A stretch of DNA of 64,000 nucleotides from an uncultured Acidobacteriota bacterium (GTDB lineage Bacteria > Acidobacteriota > Vicinamibacteria > Vicinamibacterales > 2-12-FULL-66-21): assembly GCA_963764925.1 (NCBI GenBank), contig CAVXUR010000008.1:3923-67922 (forward strand). Reading direction: 5' to 3'. The notes under the pieces are model-generated. The model worked only from the letters and a program-made list of their open reading frames with translations, was not told the DNA's origin and did no database searches. Each line of letters starts with the position of its first letter. Within the stretch, counting starts at the first letter, position 1. Both the position numbers and the translations under genes were made by a program. Shown here one piece after another: positions 34,311 to 43,141 of this stretch.

Positions 34311-35973
34311 ATGATCATGCGAGCCCTGATTGCCTCTCTCATCGCCGTCCTGGCCCTGTCGATCGTTCCCGAGGCGGCGGCCAAGACCTACACCGCCGAG
34401 CGCTTCGACTCCAGAATCCGAATCCTTCCGAACGGCGCAATCGAAGTCGTCGAGACCGTGGTGTTTCGTTTCGAGGGTGAATTCAAGTACGTCTACCGCG
34501 AACTCTCGCGGCGACGTACCGACGACATCGAGATCGTGAGCGCCGAAATGGACGGCCGGACGCTTTCCTTCGGCAACGAATCGGGGCAGGTCGAGGTGCG
34601 GCGACGTTCAAAGGTCCGCGTCGAGTGGAAGTTTGCGCCGCGCGCCGACTCGAGCCACACGTTCGTCCTCACCTACATCGTGCGCGGAGTCGTTCAGCGC
34701 GACGGCGGAAGGGATGTCCTCGAGTGGGTCGCGCTCCCGACCGAGCATGATTACCGCATCGGCGAAAGCCAGGTCAGCCTCGAGCTACCGGTCGCACCGT
34801 TGTCGCGGCCAATCGTCGACTCGAAGCGCGTGGCCGAACTGACGTTCGAGCCTGGCGGTCAGCAGCTGCAGGTGTTCGCGCGTGGAATCGGCAAGAACGG
34901 CTGGGTCAAGACGCGCCTCGAGTTCGGCGAAGGCGCGATCATCGCCGCCGCGCCCGCGTGGCAGCAGCGTCAGCTCGCCGCACGCGCGCTCGCGCCTCGC
35001 TGGCTGACGGGCGCAGGCATCATCCTCGTCGCCGGCCTGTTGTTCATGTTCGCGCTGCGCCAAAGTTACGACAGCCCCTGGGGCACCGCCCACGCCGGAC
35101 CGGTCGACGCGCCGCCAGACACGCTGCGGCCCGCGATGGCCGGCGCCGTCGCTGCGAACGGCGGGACCACGCTTCAGCACGCGATGGCCACGATCTTCGC
35201 GCTCGCCGATCGCGGCGTCGTCACCATCACCGAGGAGCCACGCAAGTGGGGCCAGCGGCACTTCACGCTGCACCGGCGCCGTGCCACTCACCCGCTGGCG
35301 CCTGAAGAAGACGCAGCCTTGAACCTCGCGTTCCGACATAAGGGCGCTGAGGAGGACGCCGTCGCGTTGACGAAAGCCAGGACGCGCCTGGCGGGGCGGC
35401 TCGGCGACTTCAAGCGCGCGGTCAAACAAGAGCTCCGCGGGCTCGGCCTCGTCGATGACGAGCGCATGCGTTTGCGCGCGCGCTACCTCGGATTCTCGAT
35501 CGCGTTGCTGATTCTGGCCGGTCTGCTCGTCGTGCCGGCGGCGTTTCTCGTCTCTCGATACGAGGGCTGGCCGTTTCTGATTGCGGGCGCGGTCGGACTG
35601 GTGTCGGTGATCGGTTTCATCTTCTACGGTTCGCTGACGCCACTGTCGAACGAAGGCGTGCGACGAGCCGAACGCTGGCGGGCGTACCAGAAGCACCTCA
35701 AGGATGTCGCGCGAGAGCGCGTGCACCTGACGACAGACTCGCCGTCCCGGCTGCTGCCATTCGCGGTCGCGCTCGGCCTCGCCGAGCGCGTGGTCGAAGT
35801 ACATGAAGAATCATCCAACCGGCATTCCACCCTGGTTCCGCGCGCTCGCGGTCTCCGGAGACGACAGCGGTTTCTGTGCGTTTGTCGCGGCGGGCGGAGC
35901 CGGTGCGGACGGCGGAGCCGGAGGCGCTGGAGCGGGTGGCGCCGCAGGCGGCGGCGGGTCGGGAGCGGGGTAA
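34311..35973 (+). CDS. DUF2207 family membrane protein, frameshift ~35780
   Basis: NGAIEVVETV..F.G, LLPFAVALG, Gly-rich tail ending GGGGSGAG-TAA at 35973. Confidence 0.88.
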
Positions 35974-35976
35974 CTC

Positions 35977-36306
35977 TCAGCTCTCAGCTCTCATCCTGAG
36001 GGCGTAGCGAACGTCGCGAAGCAGATCAGACAACATGTGCGATCTCCGGCTGAGTGTGGGAGGCGGCAAGGGAACCCTGCGGGGCCGGCTGGGGATGCCG
36101 CTGCCAAGGCGTGCCCCGGCGGGCAGCGCAGCGGTCGCGCGTGCCCAGGCGCGCTCGTGGTCGAGCCCAGACGCGCGCGCCTCTTGATAGAGGTCACCCA
36201 GGTGCTGCGCGAGCTCGTCGATCAGGTCTGGGTCGACATCTCGATCGCCTGCCCCGCCGGGAGGATCCGCCGCCAGACGCCGACGAACGTAGTCGTGCAG
36301 GTCCAT
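35977..36306 (-). pseudogene. Truncated ADOP permease (permease-prefix domain only)
   Basis: DELAQHLGDLY prefix motif, then MLSDLLRDVRYALRM followed at once by a CTCTCAG repeat and stop. Confidence 0.75.
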
Positions 36307-36326
36307 GTCCTATCCGAGCGGGCGGT

Positions 36327-36665
36327 CTATCCGAGCGGGTCGAGACCGGCGACGCGATGCAGCGCCGTGAGGAGGGCGTGCCAATCGGTTCGCTGCGATG
36401 CGAGGACCTTCCGCCCGTCAGCCGTCAAGCGGTAGTAGCGGCGGCGGCGCTGCCCGGCTTTCTCGACCCAGGCGCCGTCGATCCAGCCGCGCTTCTCCAT
36501 CCGGTACAGCATCGGATACAACGACGCGACGTGGAACCGGAGCACGCCGTTCGATCGGTCGTCGATCACGCGCGCGATTTCATACCCGTGCCGGGCGCGC
36601 TCTTCGATTGCCGCCAGGACCATCAGCTCGGCGCTGCCGCGCTTCAGCTCGGTGTGTGCGGCCAT
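36327..36665 (-). CDS. PadR family transcriptional regulator
   Basis: KRGSAELMVL, HGYEI, SLYPMLYRMEKRGWI, RRRYYRLT. Confidence 0.95.
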   Translation of the reverse strand: MAAHTELKRGSAELMVLAAIEERARHGYEIARVIDDRSNGVLRFHVASLYPMLYRMEKRGWIDGAWVEKAGQRRRRYYRLTADGRKVLASQRTDWHALLTALHRVAGLDPLG

Positions 36666-36687
36666 ATATTGGCTCGCAATATATGGC
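36661..36687. promoter_or_regulatory. Palindromic operator over the padR start
   Basis: GCCATATATTG-N5-CAATATATGGC, perfect 11-bp arms. Confidence 0.7.
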
Positions 36688-36732
36688 GGGGTCGGTCCCG
36701 TCGTCAACTCCAATCGGCAGTCGGCAATCGGG

Positions 36733-36957
36733 CTACGCGCGGCGGGCGCTCCGGGCCAGGTGCTCCAGCATCTGCCGGCGGTGCGCCATCTCCCGCGAGG
36801 TCAGCTCAGGCGCCGGCGCGGCCTCGAACGGCAGCGATCGCTGCGCCCAGGCCTCGCGGCGCGCCCGCGTCCGCTCGACGCCCGCACGGAAACACTGGAA
36901 ACAGATGGCGTGTCGCGCGCAGATGTGGTCGGTCGTTCTCGTTCGCATGGTGAGCAT
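36733..36957 (-). CDS. Small basic Cys/His protein (74 aa)
   Basis: GAGGA RBS 8 nt upstream; HICARHAICFQC, QRSLPF, HRRQMLEHL. Confidence 0.7.
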   Translation of the reverse strand: MLTMRTRTTDHICARHAICFQCFRAGVERTRARREAWAQRSLPFEAAPAPELTSREMAHRRQMLEHLARSARRA

Positions 36958-36989
36958 GATGATTGTCCTCGACGTCGGGCACGGTGTGG

Positions 36990-37208
36990 CTATGGCAGAT
37001 CCAGGAGCCGCCTGGCTTTCATTTGTGCCTGACGCCGGCGGTGCTCGAGCACCTTGTATTTGTCCGGACCCCGCAACGCGCCGGGCCGACCGGCGAGCTT
37101 CAGCGACACCTTGAGCGGCCGCGCCGGCGGAAAGGCCGGAGGAAACGTGGAGGTCGTGATTTCGCTGAAATCGAGCTGCCGGGCCTCGGATCCACTAAAA
37201 CGGCGCAT
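36990..37208 (-). CDS. Small basic protein (72 aa)
   Basis: AAGGAG RBS 8 nt upstream of ATG 37208; QLDF, EHRRRQAQM. Confidence 0.7.
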   Translation of the reverse strand: MRRFSGSEARQLDFSEITTSTFPPAFPPARPLKVSLKLAGRPGALRGPDKYKVLEHRRRQAQMKARRLLDLP

Positions 37209-37291
37209 CGTCTTATCTCCTTGATCACTGCGCTTGGGCCACACCCCCAAGCGCTATGCAGGCGCTCGCTTCGACTCCTGCATTGAAACCA

Positions 37292-37324
37292 AGTCTAAAA
37301 GGAGGGTGTGACAGGGTAGGTCAC
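37292..37324 (-). promoter_or_regulatory. Candidate WYL-activated promoter: GTGAC-N7-GTCAC box, TGTCAC-N10-TAGACT
   Basis: Inverted repeat 37308-37324; -10 TAGACT at 37297-37292 on minus strand. Confidence 0.7.
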
Positions 37325-37358
37325 GGCCACGGGGCCTCTTTGTTATAGTCCTCAGCCG

Positions 37359-38039
37359 ATGCTCCCCGATCGCCGTCACGAGGTTTCGCGGCTCGAGGCG
37401 TTCAGCGACGCGGCGTTCGCGTTTGCGTTGACGCTGCTCGTGGTCTCGCTCGACGTCCCGCAAAGCTACGACCAGCTGATGCAGGTCATGAGGGGCTTTC
37501 CGTCCTTCGCCTGCTGCTTTGCGCTGCTCGTCTGGATCTGGTACGAGCACAACCTTTTCTTCCGCCGCTACGGCCTCCACGATCCCTGGACTGTGTTCGT
37601 CAACGGGATGCTGCTGTTCGTGACGCTCTTTTATGTCTATCCGTTGAAGTTCATGTTCGATTCGATGTTTGCGCAGTTCATGCCCGCGGCGTACCCGCAC
37701 CTGCAGCGGATGACCCTGGTGGAGCTCTCGCGGGCGTCGGCGATCTATGGATTGGGATTCCTGGTCCTTTTCAGCCTGTTTGCCCTGCTCTACCGGCACG
37801 CGTACAAGCGGCGCGTGGAACTCGGCCTCACGCCGCTCGAGGTGTTCGACGTCAAGATCTATGCGGGCCATCACGTAGTGAGCGCCACCGTCGGATTGGT
37901 GGCGCTGTTGGTCGCCGTTGCCGGCCCGCTGGCTCTGGCACCGATCTCGCCAACGTGTTTTGCACTCATGGGGCCCAGTCACTGGTGGTTCGGCTCTCGG
38001 GCGGACAAGCGCCGACGCGCGCTACTGGCCGCCGACTGA
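37359..38039 (+). CDS. TMEM175 family (DUF1211) channel-like protein
   Basis: RLEAFSDAAFAFALTLLVV signature. Confidence 0.9.
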   Translation: MLPDRRHEVSRLEAFSDAAFAFALTLLVVSLDVPQSYDQLMQVMRGFPSFACCFALLVWIWYEHNLFFRRYGLHDPWTVFVNGMLLFVTLFYVYPLKFMFDSMFAQFMPAAYPHLQRMTLVELSRASAIYGLGFLVLFSLFALLYRHAYKRRVELGLTPLEVFDVKIYAGHHVVSATVGLVALLVAVAGPLALAPISPTCFALMGPSHWWFGSRADKRRRALLAAD

Positions 38040-38086
38040 CTGACGACCGACTCGACTGGCGACTGACGACTGACGACTGTCGACTG
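38033..38086. repeat. Heptamer tandem array (CGACTGA)n
   Basis: GACTGAC/GACTGGC/GACTGTC units. Confidence 0.8.
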
Positions 38087-38090
38087 TGCT

Positions 38091-39101
38091 ATGCCAAGGA
38101 ACGCTGAAGTCATCCGGCAGTGGACGATCCTGCGAGACCTCGAATCGTCCCGGCGCTTGACGATCGACGACTTGGCAGGACGCACAGGCGTCACGACCAG
38201 GACCATCCGTCGCGACCTCGAGGCGCTCCAGGAGGCCGGGTTTCCTCTCTTCGACGAAGTACACGACGGCAAGCGCTACTGGACGCTCGAGCAACGCGCC
38301 TTTCGGCGGCTCGACGAGACGGGCTTCAACCTCGCCGAGTTGAGCGCGCTGTACTTCACGCGAACGCTTGCCGAATGCCTCGCGGCGACGCCGTTCCAGC
38401 AGGATGTTCGCAACGCGTTCGACAAGCTGGCGGCGGCGCTCACGCCAGGCATGCGGCAGTTCCTCGACCGACTGCCGCTCGCGATTCAGGCCAAGGCCGA
38501 TCCGGGCGTCCGCGAAGCGCGACGTCCCGAGGATCGGGCGAGTTCGAAGCCCGATCCGCGCGTGGCACAACTGCTCGACGCGACGCTCCACCATCGTCGC
38601 GTCGAGATGCGCTACCACTCGTTCTCGAGCAACCGCGAGAAGGCGTACGCGGTCGAGCCGCAGCGACTGGTCTTCGCGCAGGGCGCTCTTTACCTCCTCG
38701 CGTTCGTTCCCGAGTACGGCGAACTGCGCACGTTCTCGGTCGATCGCATTCTCGGCACTGTCGCTGACCGAGGATCGCTTCGAGCCGCAAGGATCTCGCC
38801 GAGGACGCGTTCGCGCATTCGCTCGGCGTGCACCAGGGCACACCTGAAGCGATCGAGATCGCATTCGAGCCACAGATGAGCCGCTACATCCGGGGCCGGA
38901 TCTGGCATCCCTCCCAACAGATCGAGGAGCGTCCGGATGGCGGGCTGCTGCTTCGCCTCGACCGTCTCGAACGACTGGGCGCTCCGGAGCTGGATCCTGG
39001 GGTTTGGCGCGCTCGCGCGCGTGGTCGCTCCGGCTCAGCTCGCCGCGCAGATTCTCGAAGAGGTCGAGCGCACTCGAGTCAGGTATCGCCCGCACGCCTG
39101 A
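38091..39101 (+). CDS. HTH-WYL-WCX transcriptional regulator (PafB/DriD-like), frameshifts near 38760-38960
   Basis: GVTTRTIRRDLEAL HTH; MRYHS..VEPQRL..YLLAF..RTFSVDRI WYL; WHPSQ and WILGFG..V..P WCX. Confidence 0.93.
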
Positions 39102-39331
39102 ATCGAGCGCGCACCGCGACAGCGGCTTGTTACGAACGGTGGGACGAGGCGCAGGCCGGATCCGCAATCAATCCTGCGGTCGCCGTGTTCCGTTTCAGGT
39201 CAGTCCGACTTCCCGCCGCACGCACGCACACGCCGTTTCCCACGCGTATCTGGTGAATGCGGACGCGGCCCCGGTCTTGCCCCAGATCGTCGCGGAGACG
39301 GCGCCGCCTCCAAGACCTCAGGAGAAACACG

Positions 39332-39547
39332 GTGATCTGGTTCTACGCCAAACAGGGACGCCACCTTCGGTGCGAGGTTCGACAGCTGGTCGACGGTGAC
39401 CGGTTCGATCTCGTCATCACGGATGCCGACGGAACCGAACGCGTCGAGCACTTCGACGACTCGGCCTCGGTGACTCGCCGCTCGCTGCAGCTCGAAGCCG
39501 AATGGCTCAACGAAGGGTGGGATGGACCGTTTGGGAGGGAGTACTAA
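39332..39547 (+). CDS. Small hypothetical protein
   Basis: GGAG RBS + GTG; MIWFYAKQG..GWDGPFGREY. Confidence 0.7.
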   Translation: MIWFYAKQGRHLRCEVRQLVDGDRFDLVITDADGTERVEHFDDSASVTRRSLQLEAEWLNEGWDGPFGREY

Positions 39548-39549
39548 TT

Positions 39550-39621
39550 GGTTCGGGTTCAGGGTTCAGTCGGTTCACGGTCATCAACGCGCGAACCCTG
39601 AACCGTGAACCGCTGAACCGC
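39550..39621. repeat. Inverted heptamer array (GGTTCAG)n..(GAACCnT)n
   Basis: Complementary arms between convergent genes. Confidence 0.8.
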
Positions 39622-39623
39622 TC

Positions 39624-40593
39624 TTAGATCGCTCCGAGCAGCGTGAGTGCAAATCCGGCCTCTCGGTCGACCCACTGGTCACGCGCAGCGAACCCTGCTT
39701 CCGCCCCCATCTCCACGATACCGTCCGGCTCGTACTTGTATGAGCTCTCGGTCCAGATGCGCTCGCCGCATGCGAATGTGACGGTCGTGCCGGTGGCGGC
39801 GATGCGAACGCGCTGGTTGGCGCGGCTGACGAGGTGCATCTCGATCCGGCGCTCGTCGCCGTTCCACACCGCCTGATGATCGAACGCTCGCGAGGTCGAA
39901 CTCGCCGCCGAGCTCGTGGTTGATCCGCTCGAGGAGGTTCTTGTTGAAGGCGGCGGTCACGCCGAGCGGATCGTCGTAGGCGAGCAGCAGGTCGCGCTCC
40001 GGCTTGACGAGGTCGGCGCCGAGCAGCAGAAGGTCGCCCTGGGCGAGCGTTGCGCGAATGCGATCGAGGAACTGCGCGGCCGCCGGCGGATCGAAGTTGC
40101 CGATGTTCGAGCCGAGCAGCAGGACCAGGATCGTGCTGTCGGGGTGGCGTGCGGCAACGGCCGTCCGCAATCCCTCCTCGTAGGTCGACCAGTGCCCTAC
40201 CACCGAGACGTGTCGCAGTCGGTTCAGCCGCTGTTCACTTTGCTCGAGCGCTTGCGAAGAAATGTCGATCAGGTGGACGTGCGCGCTGGCGCCGCGGCGC
40301 TCGAGCGCTTCGGCGAGGAGCACGATCTTCTCGCCGCTGCCGCATCCGAGCTCGACGATCGTGCCATCGCCATCGCCGAGCGCCGCCACGACCGACCCGG
40401 CGTGCCGTGCGAGCAGATCGGTCTCGGCTCGCGTGATCCGGTACCACGGCAGGCGGCAAATCGCCTCGAACAGGCTCGACCCGAGCGCGTCGTACAGATA
40501 CTTCGACTGCAGCTGCTTGGGCGCGAGCGCGAGATCACGCGCGACATCGGCAGCGAATTCGGCGACGAATGAACGACGGGTAGTTGTGGGCAT
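39624..40593 (-). CDS. egtD: L-histidine N-alpha-methyltransferase, frameshift ~39880
   Basis: KYLYDALGSSLFEAIC..YRITRAE, ELGCGS, GSNIGN, AYDDPLGVTAAFNKN, IWTESSYKY. Confidence 0.95.
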
Positions 40594-40601
40594 GAGGTGA
40601 A

Positions 40602-40690
40602 GCTCTCGGCTATCAGCTATCAGCTCTCAGTTGACAGTTATTGCTGACAGCTGAGAGCTGACAGCTGTTAGCTGTTTGTTAGCTGATGGC
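40602..40690. repeat. Inverted heptamer array (CAGCTnT)n..(GCTGAnA)n
   Basis: Lies between egtB and egtD and overlaps the egtB stop. Confidence 0.8.
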
Positions 40691-42042
40691 TGTTCTGAAC
40701 TTGGCGTAGACGAATGGATAGTTCGGCCTGAACCAGTTGCGAAAGCTGCGGCGGACAAGCTCACGCGCCGTCGCTGGCGACGCGCCCTTGATGACGTAGT
40801 GCTGACCGTCGAAAAAGTCGGCGGAGTACTCGGGGTAGGAGGCCATCGGCTCGAATCCGGAAAAGGGCCCGAAGACCGACGACGTCCACTCCCACCCGTT
40901 GCCGACCAGGTCCTGCACACCCCAGGCGCTGGCGCCCAGCGGGCGCGATCCCACCGGGACAGGTTCCCACGAGGCGAAGTCGAAGTTGCCGCGCGTCGCG
41001 TCGGCGGCCGCGTCACCCCACGGGAAATCGCGCTCGACTCTCACCGGACGGCGTCCCGAACGCGGCGCGGTGATACTCAGGCTCGGTCGGCAGTCTTCGT
41101 TCGCGCCAGCGGGCGAAGGCCGCCGCCTCCTCGCCGCTCACATACACGGGCCACTCCGACGGCAGCGCGATGTTTTCGAACATCCCGCGCCAGTCCCACC
41201 GGCTGCCGTCGCGCACCCAGAAGGCGGGATGCGTGACCCCTTCATGCTCGCGCCACTGCCACCCTGGGTCGGACCAGAGCTCGCGTTTTCGATACCCGCC
41301 GTCGTCCATGAACTCCAGGAACTCCGCGTTGGTGACGCTGTGCGCGTCAATCTCGAACGCGCCCACCTCGACGCGATGCTCGTCGAACTCGTTGTCCCAG
41401 CCGAACGGGATCCCGGCACGCGCACCAAGCGTCGCGACACCTGACGCGATCCTGACGGTGGAGCGCGTCGTCGGCTCGACCGCACGTTCGTAATGGAGGG
41501 AGGCCGGCGCGCGCTTCTGCTCGTGCGGCAGACGATGCCACATGTAGAGCAGCGTTTCCTGATGCATCGCCTCGTGCTCGAGCGCGGTGAAGATAGCCTC
41601 GCCGCGGCGCATCGCGCGATGTTCGCGCGCCGTTCAGATCGAACACAGCCTGGCCGAGGGCCTCGACGATGGCGTCGTCTGCGCGCCGGCCAAACGCCAG
41701 CACCTCATCACGGGACGGCCAGGCGGTCTCCGCTCCCGTGCGCGGCACCGCCAGCTCGACGCTGTCGGGATCGATGCCACGCTCGAACAACCGCTCCATC
41801 CGGGCGTCGACGCCTGGCAGACCGAGCCCGCGCTTCAGCAAGGCAATCACGCTGAAGGCCGGCAGGTGGCCCTCGTAAAAGACGATGGGATTGCGCAGCG
41901 CGATCGGCCGAGAAAAATAGGCCGCCGGATCGATGAGATCGAAGAGGAGGCGCGAGCGTTCCCGATTGCGTTGATACCAGTCGATGAGCAACTGGCGATC
42001 GACTCGGGGTGGGTTCTGGACGGCCGGGGCACTGGAGGACAC
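40679..42042 (-). CDS. egtB: EgtB-family sulfoxide synthase (DinB + FGE-sulfatase domains), frameshifted
   Basis: FYEGH, HEAMHQE, FGWDNE, RLPTE, GNGWEWT, SFRNWF; adjacent to egtD. Confidence 0.88.
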
Positions 42043-42170
42043 TGCTTCCCCTTTCACGCTCTGGTGCTTCCTGACCTTCGACGCCCTGACGGGCGGCGCG
42101 GGTTCAAAGCTGCTCCGAACGGAAGAACCCCTGCGGCGGTTACCTCAGCAGACTATCGCCAGACCCACAC

Positions 42171-42201
42171 AAAAAGCCAGCCCGACGCGGTGTCGGGCTG
42201 G
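42171..42201 (-). terminator. Rho-independent terminator
   Basis: CCAGCCCGAC/GTCGGGCTGG stem followed by a T-run on the minus strand, 30 nt after the stop at 42232. Confidence 0.75.
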
Positions 42202-42231
42202 GCAGAGATGCAACAAAGTGCGATCGGGTGG

Positions 42232-42663
42232 CTACTGAGCCTGGCAGGTCGCCGCGATCATCTTGATGTTGCTGACGTTCAGCGAGGGCGCGGAGGACGC
42301 TGGACGCGCCGCGGGATCCGCCGGCTTGTCGGCCTTGGCGGCGATCGTGCCGGTCACTTCCACCGTGTGACCAACGTGGTCGCTGAGCTTCGAGCCAACC
42401 AGCTTCAGGGAGGTTGCCGACACCGGCGGCGCGGCCGGCGCCGCACTACCCGCGGTGCCTACGGCCTTGTCGTCTTTCCACTTCAGATCGGACAGCATGA
42501 ACGAATCGGGCGTGTCGCCCGCCTTCAAGCAGCCGGTGACGGTGGCCGTCTTCGGGGCGTCCTTCGCGTCCTGCGCCGGCGGCTGGCCCGCTGCTGGCGT
42601 CTGAGCCGACACGGCGACAGCAAACAGCGCGGCCGCGAATGTTCCAGTAATGACCTTCTTCAT
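42232..42663 (-). CDS. Secreted hypothetical protein (VTGCL..GHTVEVTG type)
   Basis: AAGGAGG RBS; signal peptide MKKVITGTFAAALFAVAVSA. Confidence 0.8.
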   Translation of the reverse strand: MKKVITGTFAAALFAVAVSAQTPAAGQPPAQDAKDAPKTATVTGCLKAGDTPDSFMLSDLKWKDDKAVGTAGSAAPAAPPVSATSLKLVGSKLSDHVGHTVEVTGTIAAKADKPADPAARPASSAPSLNVSNIKMIAATCQAQ

Positions 42664-42756
42664 CGTTAAAGCCTCCTTGGCGATCTCATACGTGAGCCTT
42701 ACTCGTCCATTGGCACATCGCCAACGGAGCCCGCTCCCACGTTCGTATTGAGATCG

Positions 42757-42772
42757 TGCAGGAGGCGAGCCA
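42757..42772 (-). promoter_or_regulatory. Possible sigma-54 promoter
   Basis: TGGCTCGCCTCCTGCA has GG-N10-GC spacing, ~95 nt upstream of 42663. Confidence 0.3.
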
Positions 42773-42949
42773 GCCGAAGGGCGCACCTCGCGATCGCTCG
42801 CAAGCGCCGTGATTACAGGGCCTGCTCCTGCCGAGCTTAGTTGAAAGCACCGGGGCGCGGCCGAGTTCTGTTTGAATACAAAAGTGGAAGGTTTACGCAC
42901 TGGGGCGGCCCGACGGGGATTCCGAGATGGGCTACAATCGAGGTCCAGC

Positions 42950-43033
42950 GCGAAAGTGGCGGAACTGGCAGACGCGCCGGACTTAGGATCCGGTAGCCGA
43001 AAGGCTTTGGGGGTTCGACTCCCCCCTTTCGCA
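42950..43033 (+). tRNA. tRNA-Leu (TAG)
   Basis: GCGAAAG/CTTTCGC acceptor stem, CCGGA-CTTAGGA-TCCGG anticodon arm, long variable arm, GGTTCGACT; TACAAT -10 upstream; CCA not encoded. Confidence 0.95.
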
Positions 43034-43141
43034 TATTCGGCGGCTCGCGAAGCGAGCGACCGGATATGCGTCCGCCGTAGCCGGCGCGCGCCGTGACCAG
43101 GCGGCAGCGAAGGCGGACCTCAGTACATCCGCGACCAGATA

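Noticed and set aside
38091-39101. WYL gene as marker of an anti-phage island (BrxR/CapW type)
   Set aside because: No defence effectors nearby; architecture and promoter fit PafBC/DriD-type activators better
42060-42110. SRP RNA (GTCAGG..GGAAGCA)
   Set aside because: Lacks the TCC-GNRA-GGA hairpin and long closing stem
42950-43141. tRNA-Leu as an integration site
   Set aside because: No integrase or duplicated 3' end seen; followed directly by tig
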